This document shows positions 23,571 to 35,200 of a stretch of 64,000 nucleotides of DNA, piece by piece. Positions within the stretch are counted from its first letter, which is position 1. Every line of letters starts with the position of its first letter. The stretch lies in the NCBI RefSeq assembly GCF_000143415.4, contig NW_003314309.1, positions 613,459 to 677,458 on the forward strand, given 5' to 3'. Origin of the DNA: Selaginella moellendorffii (taxonomy: Eukaryota; Plantae; Lycopodiophyta). The notes beneath the pieces were generated by a model that was not told where the DNA came from, ran no database searches, and saw nothing but the letters and a program-made list of their open reading frames with translations. The translations under genes and the position numbers were made by a program.

Positions 23571-26500
23571 GTGGCAACCTTTTGGCTCCACTTTGGGGCC
23601 TAGGGATTTTGTGTCTCATAACTCCACCACCCATAGACAAAGTTTGATGTCCTCATCAAATAATAAATTATTTTATAAAGTAGCACCAATATGTATCACC
23701 TTTTCCATCCTTGGCACCTTGCTAATATTCATCAATGGTTTGATACCAAAGGCTCTCCATGCCTTGCCCATCCTTTAAGGAGGATAGTCTCTCCAACTTA
23801 GAGATTGATTGGACCACTTGTGGTGGTTCTCTCCTTTTATTGGTTTAGTTCTCATTAAACCTGTTAGAGACACCGTTTCTATCTCAATCCCACTACTCCA
23901 TTTCGAGTAGTCTTAGCTTCCATCAATATGACCTTTGCACTTTGAAACTTTTACTTTTGACTTCTCATAGTCAATATCCTAGGTGTCTCCAACACTTTAC
24001 TTTGCACATATTGTGCAACTCCACTTCCCTATCTTAGGAAGTTCTTTACTTGAGGGCACCATCATCCTTTTTTCTATTTCATGCCACCTTAGGCACTAAG
24101 TTCTAGTTATCATAATTTGTGCTAGGGCTGTCTATGGCCCTATCATTTGGCTACCTTACCGCTCCCTCCCTTGGAGCTTCTACTTTCGCCAAATCAGAGC
24201 AATTGGGAATCCATCCTTGGAAACACATTGCATTTCCCACAATTCGTTAGCACCTAACACATTAGTGTTCTTGGTCTAACTTTGCATTTCGGATTCTTTC
24301 CCATTATTCCTATGGCTCTTTTCTTAGCCACTAGTCTTTTGCTCCTATCTTTGATTATTGCACCTAGCAACATCGGATCACTACCTCCATTCTCGAGGTA
24401 TCTTTTTGGTTCCATAGCAAAGACTTTGTTTTGCCAAGTCCAGAGGGTGTTCACCCCTAGTACGTATCTTTAGGATATTCTACTGTGGGCTCTATCCCTG
24501 TGTAAGCCACAAATTTTTCCTTTCTAATTTGCCAGCTTACCTCGTCTATCCGTCCAACACTACTTTGGCTTTTGCTAAGTTCCCTTGCTAAGATTCCTGC
24601 CTATGGTACCAGCTCTTACTTGGTCCTACTTGGTTTCAGCTACTCACTGCACGAGCAACGGAGTGTTAGCCATCCATCCATGGATTCCCAAATCTCTCAT
24701 AATCCCCCTCTTGGGTTAGACTGGACTTAAGGTTCGGCTACACTCCCCACAAGCACAAGCAGCCAAGCATACCAAGCTTCTAGGTTCCTAACATCCCTTG
24801 GTACCACAAGACTTGATCATGGGACCCTCTAAATCCCAAGTCTCGAGTGCAACACTTACTTCAGGACGCTGAGGTGAAACACCGTGGCCTAACGGCCCGG
24901 TATGGGTACCTCTACCCCCCCCCCCCCCCCCCACTCCCATCCCGAAAGGAAGGTCCAAGCCCTTAGGAAGGGTGAGGACTAATGAGCCGCATGGTACTCA
25001 AGTGGCGCACCATTCCACATGAGCCGGGAGCACCGCAGTCGGTTTCCCTTTCGGGAGTGGGAGGTGCTCTTGAGCACTTCCTTAGATGGCCCCTCCGGCA
25101 CCAACCAAGTCCATGCTCACTCCCACCCAAGGCCCCTCAGTCCCAGTCCCAACCTCAAGTCAGTTTGGAAGCCCCATTGGAGAGTTCCTTCAAAACTGGT
25201 TCTTAGACCTCACTATCCCTACTATACTTTTGGAACCCCCTGCAGCCCCCCCCTCCCCTGGGAGACGCACGCTTTGGGCTTTCACCCCTTGACCCGTATT
25301 AGTACTCGGACTTAGTCTCTGGCTCGATCTCGGACTCGATCTCGGATCTGACTTCGGATTCGGTCTCGGACTCGATCTTGGACTCGATCTCGGACCTGAT
25401 CTCGGACCCGACCTCGAACTCGACCTCGGACTCGGTCTTGGACCCGATTTCAGATCTCGGACTCGGTCTCGAACTCGGTCTTGAACTCGGTCTCCGAGTC
25501 AGCCTCAGACTCGATTCCGGACTCTATCTCGAACTCGGTCTTAGAGTCGGTCTTGGACTCGATCTTAGACTCAGTCCCATCAGATGAACTCTTTATCATT
25601 TTGGTCATGCTTTCGGGGCTCCTTTAGCCTACGACATCTTGGGGAGTTGGTTCCTTACAACTCCACCACCCATAGAAGAAGTTCGATGCCCACATCGAAC
25701 GTCTCTTTTTTTTTATCCTACGACTTGTTGACTATGTCTCCAGGGGCATCCCCCCACTTAGCGGTGTGCCTAAGTTAGCTTCCCCGGCCAAGAGCCCATG
25801 ACAACAGAATATAAGTGTCCCTATACTCCTCACCTCACCACACCCTAGTATGGGGTTAGGACTTGAACCCAGCTTTGCTTTACTAAGGGGTTGGGACTCG
25901 AACCCAACCTCCGTAGAATACGTCTACGGATTCGACATCCCTGCAGAGAGTCGGGTGTAGTTCCCTACGCCTGGTCGACCTAGCTAACCCATGCTAATTA
26001 GCTTACCTTCGGCGCGCCTTCGGGTCCCAACATATGCCATTGCTCAACTTTTCAAATTGATATTTTTAATTGAACTTTGCATAAGTACATAGAGTTTTAC
26101 CTTGCAGAAATTCCTCCGCTAGATCTCGCGCGTTCGCTAGGTTCTCCTCCGGTTCCCATGTTACTTCGCTGTGTGGAAATCCTTTCCACTTCACATGGAA
26201 CTCTCTCACCTCACGTCCTTGTCGCTTGCTCTTGCGCGCATTGAGGATGGCCTCGACTTTGTATTCCTCTTCCCCTTGGATAACCTCAGGTAAAGGTCTT
26301 ACTTGGTCTTTGCGAAGTGGATCCTCAAAATACGGCTTGAGTAAGTTCACGTGGAACATGGGATGCATCTTCCCCATCTCTCGAGGAAGTCAAAGACAGT
26401 AAGCCACTTTACCGATTCGAGCCTCAATCTCGTAAGGCCCCGCGAACCTGCTTAAGGAACTCAAGATCAATTCATTTACAGGAATATATGCATTTTTACC

Positions 26501-26769
26501 TTTGGGTCAACTTCCGACTGATCCCACTTGGTAGCCTGAGGTTCTTGGTGTTCAGCCACACCTTCTCCCTAGCTTGGAACTCTACATCCCGGCACTTCTG
26601 GTTTGCGTACTTAGTTTGCCTTTGTTGAGCCTGTTCCAAGGAATCCCTCACTAGATTCCAAATGTTGAGTCTTTCCGCCGTGATGTAAGGAACCAACTCC
26701 CTGAGGTGTCGTAGGCTAAAGGAGCCCCGAAAGCATGACCAAAATGATAAAAAAGTTCATTGGATGGGA

Positions 26770-26990
26770 CCAAGTCTAAGATCGAGTCCAAGACTGACTC
26801 GGAGACCGAGTTCGAGACCGAGTTTGAGACGGAGTCCGAGATCCGAAATCGGGTCCGAGACCGAGTCCGAGGTCGAGTCCGAGGTCGGGTCCAAGATCGG
26901 GTCCGAGATCGAGTCCGAGATCGAGTCCGAGACCGAATCCGAAGTTAGATCCGAGATCGAGTCTGAGATCGAGCCAGAGACTAAGTCCGA
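26770..26990. repeat. CG-rich hexamer array (TCCGAG/ACCGAG/ATCGAG) in the element 2/3 LTRs; also ~25320-25580, 33100-33360 and 39185-39450
   Basis: Direct inspection. Confidence 0.9.
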
Positions 26991-29900
26991 GTACTAATAC
27001 GGGTCAAGGGGTGAAAGCCCAAAACGTGTGTCTCCCCGGGGGGGGGGGTGCAGGGGGTTCCAAAAGTATAGTAGGGATAGTGAGGTCCAGGAACTAGTTT
27101 TGAAGGAACTCTCCAATAGTGCTTCCAAACTGACTTGAGGTTGAGACTGGGGCCGAGGGGCCTTGGGTGGGAGTGAGCATGGGCTTGGGTGGTGCCGGAG
27201 GGGCCACCCAGGGAAGTGTTCAAGAGCAGCTCCCACTCCCGAAAGGGAAACCAACTGCGGTGCTCCCGGCTCATGTGGAGTGGTGCCCCACTTGAGTACC
27301 TTGCAGCTCATTGGTCCTCGCCCTTCCTAAGGGCTTGGGCCTTCCCTTCGGGATGGAAGTGGGGGGGTAGAGGTACCCATACCGGGCTGTTAGGCCACGG
27401 TGTTTCGCCCCGACGTCCCGAAGCAAGTGCTGCACCCAAGGCTTGGGATTTAGAGGGTCCCATGATCAAATCTTGTTGTACCAAGGGGTGTTAGGAACCT
27501 GGAGGCTTGGTGTGCTAGGCTACTTGTGCCTGCGGGGAGTGTAGTCGAACCTTAAGTCAAGTCTAACCCGGGGAGGGGGATTGGGAGAGATTTGGGAATC
27601 CGTAGATGGATGGCTAACACTCCGTTGCTCGTGCAGTGAGTAGCTGAAACCAAGTAGGACCAAGTAGGAGCTGGTACAATAGGTGAGAACCTTGGCAAGG
27701 GAACTTAGCAAAAGCCAAGGCAGTGTTGGTCGGATAGACGAGGTAAGCTGGCAAATTGGAAAGGAAAAATTTGTGGCATACAATTTGGTATTGGAGCCTT
27801 TTCCTTAGTTCTAGCGAAGGATAGAGGCGAATTGCTGGGAGATGGCAAAGGCAGGGCGGAAGCGAACCAAGGCGGAGACGGAACCTCCTCTAGAGCTGGA
27901 GCCTCCAGTTGAACGAGAGGCTATGGATGAGGAATCCTTGCATGAGGAGGACTCTAGTGAGGAAACTTCCAAACAGGAGTTCGGTGGCAAGGTTCGGTCG
28001 TCCAAGGCTTGATTGGACGTGCTAGAAGGATAGTTGGCACAGACCAATGCTCTGCTGGAGACTCTCGTACGCAAGCTAAAGCGTGACAAGAAGCGGAAGA
28101 AAATGAGAAAGACTGCGAATGTTGGCAGCGCAGAAGGTGCAGACCCTTCAACAGGGACTGAGGCAGAACCAAACAAAGTCGAACAGACCGAAGTGGAATC
28201 AGTCCCTCAGGCAGTTCCCAAGTACAAACCAAAGCCCCCACCGGTCTTCAAGGGAGTAAATGACTATAAGGTGGTGGAGGATTGGTTTTACGATATGGAG
28301 GACTACTTCCGAGCGTTGCGATTACCGAGCTCGAAGAAGGTCCCATGTGCAAAACCATACTTGGCAGAAAATGCCAAGTCTTGGTGGAGAATGACGAAGG
28401 CCAACGAAGGACCAGTGGCCACTTGGGACATGATGAAGGCGAGGATCTGTGCAACATACGTTCCTCCGAATGCCACTCTGCATTTGAGAGATGAGTTGAG
28501 TAGGCTGAAGCAGACTAGAACCATCCAGGAATATGTGAATGGGTTCATGGCAAAGAGGATACTTGTCACGGACATGGGGGATATAGATGCGTTCCATGCC
28601 TTCATATCAGGTTTGCAAACTTGGGCTCGCGGTGAGGTGATGCGCTAGAACCCGACCAACTACAAGGAAGAGTTGGATGCGGCCATCAAGGTGCATTTCA
28701 ACGATAACCTGTGAAAGGGGAACACGACGGGGTCGGGATCCACGTTTAGCAAAGGGGCTAAACCAAGGGGAACGTATAGCAGGGGGAATTTCAAGAAGAG
28801 TTTCTCTAAGAATGAGTCCTCGGGGTTCCGGAAAGGCAAATCCGGTGGCCAGCGAGCGAGTACGTGGGGGAGTCAAGCGAAAAGAGATAAACTCACGGAT
28901 AAGAAGGTCAAGTTGTATAGCAGCGTGGGAAACAACGTATGCTACAACTGCGGTGAAGCGGGACACTTTTCGAGGGAATGTCTCTACCCGAAGAAGGCCA
29001 GAGCCAATATGGCCGTCAAGTTGGGTGAAGTCCAAACTGAGGTATGTGATCCAATCCCCAACTCAAAGTTACTCATTACACGAGGAACTTTGGTAGAGAG
29101 TTGTTTGCGACATCTACTAGCCCTCCGAAGGAAGCTCGGAGGTAGCTTTGTTAAGATCCTTATTGACACGGGCGCTTCGGATAATTTTGTGGCTGTAGAC
29201 ATAGTCCGGCAAGCCAAACTAACGGTGTAGCGGCTAGGCGAACCAAGGACTATAGAGTTTGTTCAAGGTAGCCAAAGCACTGATAAGGTACTTCGACAAG
29301 CGAGAGTCGAAGTAGGGACATGGAAAGTAGACATGGATTTCACCGTGTTGGACATGGCGGGATTTGACGTGATCTTCGGAATGGATTGGTTCAATCGGTT
29401 CGTAATAGCCCTACATGGACAAGGTAGGAACTTTGTGGTACTGGCGAATGCCCAAGGAAGAAAATCTAGGGTGGAGGCCCAGGATCTAAAGGTAGGGCAA
29501 AGCAAGGCCAAAGATTCCTGCTTAAACCTAGTGTCCACAAGAGGACAACTCACTAAAGGAACTAAGGTAGCCTTTTTGTGCTTACTCTCGGTGAAGAGTG
29601 ACAAAAAGACAGGAACGGAAGAAGTACCTTTAGTGATCCAGCGGGTGTTGGACCAATTCCAGGATACCATGCCGGAGGAGCTACTGGCGGGGTTGCCCCC
29701 CGCACGATTGATAGAACATAAGATTGAGCTGGTTGAGGGTGCTGAGGCGGTGGTTCGTCCCCCCTATCGTTTGAACGAAAAAGAACTCAAGGAGCTCAAG
29801 TGCCAACTAGAGGAGTTGGTAGACAAAGGGTATGTTAGGTTGAGCAAGTCGCTGTATGGGGCGCCGGTGTTATTTGTGAAAAAGAAAAATGGTTCTATGC

Positions 29901-31715
29901 GCATGTGCATAGACTACCGGTTGCTCAACAAGTATACAAAGAAGAACAAGTACCCTTTGCCAAGAATTGAGGACCTGTTCGATAGGTTGGGAAAGGCAAA
30001 ATACTTCTCGAGGATTCACCTAAGGTCAGGATACTACCAGATCAGGGTAGCCAAGGAAGATGTCGAGAAGACAACCTATCGAACGAGGTATGGGAGCTTT
30101 GAATTTCTAGTGATGCCCTTCGGGCTATGCAATGCGCCGGCAACGTTTTCGGCGCTGATGAACCACATCTTTGTACCCTATCTGGATCACTTCGTGGTCA
30201 TCTATATCAACGACATCCTGATCTATAGCGAGATGCTAGAGGAGCATGGCAAACACTTGGCGAAGGTGTTTGAGAAACTAAGGGAACACAAACTGCATGC
30301 TAAAGAGAGCAAATGTGACTTTGCTCAACAAGATGTAAAGTTTCTCGGGCATGTGGTGGGCCAGGATGGGCTCAAGGTGGACCCGGAGAAGGTCCAAGCG
30401 ATCCAGGAATGGGAGCGACCATTGAATGTACATGAGTTGAGGGCGTTCTTGGGGCTATGCAACTACTACTGAAAGTTTATCAGACACTATTCGAGAGTAG
30501 CCCTGCCCTTAACGGACCAAACAGGAAAAGGGAAGATGGTTTGGACAGCAGAATGTGAGGCGGCATTTGTCCACCTCAAAGGGAAGTTAAGGAAGGCTCC
30601 CGTGTTGGCATTACTAGACTTTGGTAAGGACTTTGAGGTAGAAACGGATGTTTCGGACTTTGCGTTGGGCGCAGTTTTGAAGCAAGACAACCATCCAGTA
30701 GTGTTCTTCTCGAAGAAATTGGACAAGGCTCAACAGAAGTGGCCTGCCCACGAGAAGGAATTGTTTGCGGTGGTCAAGGCGCTCAAGGAGTGGCGACACT
30801 ACCTTGGGAGACACTTCAAGGTTTACACGGACAATGTGGCAACAAAACACTTCTTGTCACAGCCCGACCTGAGAGGGAAACAAGGTCGGTGGGCCAATGC
30901 CTTGGCCGAGTTTGATTGCGAGATTCTGTACAAGCCTGGGAAGAGCAACATCGTGGCGGATGCGCTAAGTCAAAAAGCGAGCTTGAGGTTGGCAATATCC
31001 AGCGCAATAGCAACCTTCTGGGACGATGTGCGGACAGCATATGAAAATGATGGTCTAGCACAAGAAGTGTTGCTGAGGAATCTAGAGGCACGGGAAGCTC
31101 ACCAAAGAGGTGAGTTGCCAACAGAAGAGAAAACAAGCTATGTGGAATGCAATGGACTCATCTATTACAAGAAAACGAGGGTGTATGTTCCAGAAGGGGA
31201 ACTAAGGAAGGTAGCCTTAGTAGAGTGTCATGACAGACTTCTTGCGGGACACGGCGGAGTGCCCAAGACGATGGGCTTACTCAAGAGGAAGTACCATTGG
31301 CCAGATATAGCTAAGGACGTCCAAGACTATGTAAAGATATGTCCAACATATCAGCAGGTCAAAGCCGTGACTAAGGCTAGTGGGGGCTTGTTGCAAAGCA
31401 TCCCAATTCCAGATTGTCCGTGGAAATGTCTTACGATGGACTTCATCACGGGACTTCCCCCAAGTGAGGGGTTTGATGCGATATTCGTGGTGGTGGACTG
31501 ATTTTCGAAAATGGCACATTTCATACCCACCATAACGGAAGTGGATGCGGAAGGTGTGGCAAAGCTGTTATTCGAACAAGTGGTTCGAGTGCGGGGAAGG
31601 CTGGAAGAGATCATCTCAGATCGAGATAAGATCTTCACTAGTAAATTCTAGAGGACTCTCCTAAAACAGTATCGCACCAAGTTGAAATTCAACACAGCCT
31701 ATCACCCACAGACAG

Positions 31716-31762
31716 GTATGGGGTATTAAGTCAAGTTTGGTGGCACTAACACTTCTTGATAG
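31716..31762 (+). other. Putative spliceosomal intron 1 in integrase (47 nt); equivalent at 34398-34444 on the minus strand
   Basis: ACAG|GTATGG...CACTAAC...TGATAG|ACGGA; removal gives HPQTDGQTERVN. Confidence 0.85.
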
Positions 31763-32180
31763 ACGGACAAACGGAAAGGGTGAATAGGCAACTAGAGGAT
31801 TAATTGCGATGCTATGTCTCGGGAGACTAGACTGATTGGGTAAGTCATTTGGGACTTACGGAAATGTGTTATAACAACTCACCACATTTGAGTATCGGGG
31901 TGAGTCCATGGGAAGTCATCAATGGGCGAGCTATTGAAGGTCCTGTGGAACTCGGCGTGGCCGAGTATCATGGAGAGCTACCCGCAGTGGAGGCATTCAC
32001 GGCGGAAAGACTCAACATTTAGAATCTAGTGAGGGATTCCTTGGAACGGGCACAACAAAGGCAAACCAAGTACGCGAACCAGAAGCGCCGGGATGTAGAG
32101 TTCCAAGCTGGGGAGAAGGTGTGGCTGAACACCAAGAACCTCAGGCTACCAAGTGGGATCAGCCGAAAGTTGACCCAAAG

Positions 32181-32232
32181 GTAAAAACACATGTATTCCT
32201 GTAAATGAATTGATCTTGAGTTCTTTAAGCAG
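32181..32232 (+). other. Putative spliceosomal intron 2 in integrase (52 nt); equivalent at 26448-26499 on the minus strand
   Basis: CAAAG|GTAAAA...TTAAGCAG|GTTCGCG; removal gives RKLTQRFAGPYEI. Confidence 0.85.
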
Positions 32233-35200
32233 GTTCGCGGGGCCTTACGAGATTGAGGCACGAATCGGTAAAGTGGCTTACCGACTTCGATTTCCTCGAG
32301 AGATGGGGAAAATGCACCCAGTGTTCCACGTGAACTTATTCAAGCCGTACTTTGAGGATCTACTTCGCAAGGACTAAGTAAGACCTTTATCTGAGGTTAT
32401 CCAAGGGGAAGAGGAATACGAAGTTGAAACCATCCTCAATGCGCGCAAGAGCAAGTGACAAGGACGCGAGGTGAGAGAGTTCCATGTGAAGTGGAAGGGA
32501 TTTCTACACTGCGAAGCAACATGGGAACCGGAGGAGAACCTAGCGAACGTGCGAGGTCTAGTGGAGGAATTTCTGCAAGGCAGAACTTTATGTACTTATG
32601 CAAAGTTCAATTAAAGTATCAATTTGAGAAGTTGAGCAATGGTATATGTTGGGACCCGAAGGCGCGCCGAAGGTAAGCTAATTAGCATGGGTTAGCTAGG
32701 TCGACCAAGCGTAGGGCACTACGCCCGACTCCCCGCGGGGATGTCGAATCCGTAGACGTATTCTACGGAGGTTGGGTTCGAGTCCCAACCCCCTAGTAAA
32801 GCAAGGTTGGGTTCAAGTCCCGACCCTATACTAGGGCGTGGTGAGGTGAGGAGTATAGGGACACCTATATTCCGTTGTCATTGGCTCTTGGCCAGGGAGG
32901 CTAACTTAGGCACATTGCTAAGTGGGGGGATGCCCCTGGAGACATGGTCAACAAGTCGTAGGATAAAAAAGAGACGTTCGATGTGGGCATCGAACTTCTT
33001 CTATGGGTGGTGGAGTTATAAGGAACCAACTTGCCGAGGTGTCGTAGGCTAAAGGAGCCCCGAAAGCATGACCAAAATGATAAAGAGTTTATCGGATGGG
33101 ACCAAGTCTAAGATCGAGTCCAAGACCGACTTTAAGACCGAGTTCGAGATAGAGTCCGGAATCGAGTCCAAGACCGACTCGGAGACCGAGTTCGAGACGG
33201 AGTCTGAGATCCGAAATCAGGTCCAAGACCGAGTCCAAGGTCGAGTCTGAGGTTGGGTTCGAGATCGGATCTGAGATCAAGTCCGAGATCGAGTTCGAGA
33301 CCGAATCCGAAGTCGGATCCGAGATCGAGTCCGAGATCGAGCCAGAGACTAAGTCCGAGTACTAATACGGGTCAAGGGGTGAAAGCCCAAAACGTGCGTC
33401 TCCCGGGGGGGGGGGGGGCTGCAGGGGGTTCCAAAACAAAAGTATAGTAGGGATAGTGAGGTCCAGGAACCAGTCTTGAAGGAACTCTCCAGTGGGGCTT
33501 CCAAACTGACTTGAGGTTGAGACTGGGGCCGAGGGGCCTTGGGTGGGAGTGAGCATGGGCTTGGGTGGTGCTGGAGGGGCCACCCAAGGAAGTGTTCAAG
33601 AGCAGCTCCCACTCCCGAAAGGGAAACCAACTGTAGTGCTCCCGGCTCATGTGGAGTGGTGCCCCACTTGAGTACCTTGCAGCTCATTGGTCCTTGCCCT
33701 TCCTAAGGGCTTGGGCCTTCCCTTCGGGATGGAAGTGGGGGGGTAGAGGTACCCATACCGGGCCGTTAGGCCACGGTGTTTCGCCCTGACGTCCCGAAGC
33801 AAGTGCTGCACCCAATGCTTGGGATTTAGAGGGTCCTATGATCAAGTCTTGTTGTACCAAGGGGTGTTAGGAATCTGGAGGCTTAGTGTGCTAGGCTGCT
33901 TATGCCTGCAGGGAGTGTAGCCGAACCTTAAGTCCAGTCTAACCCAGGGAGGGGGATTGGGAGAGATTTGGGAATCCGTAGATGGATGGCTAACACTCCG
34001 TTGCTCGTGTAGTGAGTAGTTGAAACCAAGTAGGACCAAGTAAGAGTTGGTACAATAGGCGAGAACCTTGGCAATGGAACTTAGCAAAAGCCAAGGCAGT
34101 GTTGGTCGGATAGATGAGGTAAGTTAGCAAATTGGAAAGGAAAAATTTGTGGCTTACACGTGAATGCCTCAACTACCGGTAACTCTCCATGATACTCGGC
34201 CATGCTGAGTTCCACAAGACCTTCAATAGCTCGCCCATTGATGACTTCCCATGGACTCACCCCGATGCTCGAATGTGGTGAGTTGTTATAACACATTTCC
34301 GCAAGTCCCAAATGACTTACCCAATCGGTTTGGTCTCCTAAGACATAGCATCGTAAATAATCCTCCAGTTGCCTATTCAGCCTTTCCGTTTGTTCGTCTG
34401 TCAAGAAGTGTTAGTGCCATCAATCTTGATTTAATACCCATTACCTATCTGCGGGTGATAGCCTGTGCTAAATTTCAACTTGGTGCGATACTATTCTAGG
34501 AGTGTCCTCCAGAACCTACTAGTGAAGATCTTATCTAGATTTGAGATAATCTCTTCCGGCCTTCCCCGCACTCGAACCACTTGTTCGAAGAACAGCTTCA
34601 CCTCACCTTTTGCATCCACTTCCGTTGTGGTGGGTATGAAATGTGCCATCTTCGAAAATCAATCCACCACCATGAATATTGCATCGAACCCCTCGCTTGG
34701 GGGAAGTCCCGTGATGAAGTCCATTGTAAGACATTTCCATGGACAATCTGGAATTGGGATGCTTTGTAACAAGTCCCCACTAGCCTTAATCATGGCTTTG
34801 ACCTGCTGACATGTTGGATATGTCTTTACATAGTGTTGGACATCCTTAGCTATATCTGGCCAGTGGTACTTCCTATTGAGTAAGCCTATTGTCTTGGGCA
34901 CTCCGCCGTGTCCCGTAAGAGGTCCGTCATGACACTTTTCTAAGGCTACCTCCCTTCTGGAACATACACTCTCGTTTGCTTGTAATATATGAGTCCGTTG
35001 CATTCCGCATAACCTGTTTTCTCTTCCGTTGGCAGCTCACCTCTCTAGTGAGCTTCCCGTGCCTCTAGATTCCCCAGCAACACTTTTTGTGCTAGACCAT
35101 CGTTCTCGTATGTGGTCCGCACATCAACCCAAAAGGTTGCTGTCGCGCTAGATATAGCCAACTTCAAGCTCGCTTTTCAACTTAGTGCATCTGCCACGAT

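Larger units (their letters stand above)
27842..32613 (+). pseudogene. gag-pol polyprotein of element 3 (Gag, CCHC knuckle, PR, RT, RNase H, INT, chromodomain) with point nonsense mutations and two introns in INT
   Basis: CYNCGEAGHFSREC; LIDTGAS; [14 protein letters not shown]; ETDVSDFALGAVL; H..LLAGHGG..C; MDFITGLP; SDRD; HPQTD|GQTER; chromodomain. Confidence 0.92.
26684..34158 (+). mobile_element. Element 3: full-length Ty3/Gypsy chromovirus of the same family as element 2; LTRs 26684-27782 and 33017-34158; TSD CGTGA
   Basis: cgtga|TGTAAGG ... GGCTTACA|cgtga; PBS TGGTATTGGAGC at 27786; PPT GGGTGGTGGAGT before 33017. Confidence 0.96.

Noticed and set aside
28640-28720. In-frame stops in gag as a programmed readthrough signal
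   Set aside because: The TAG at 28646 is TGG in element 2; the shared TGA (~28711) is more simply an inherited CGA>TGA change and cannot be distinguished with only two copies
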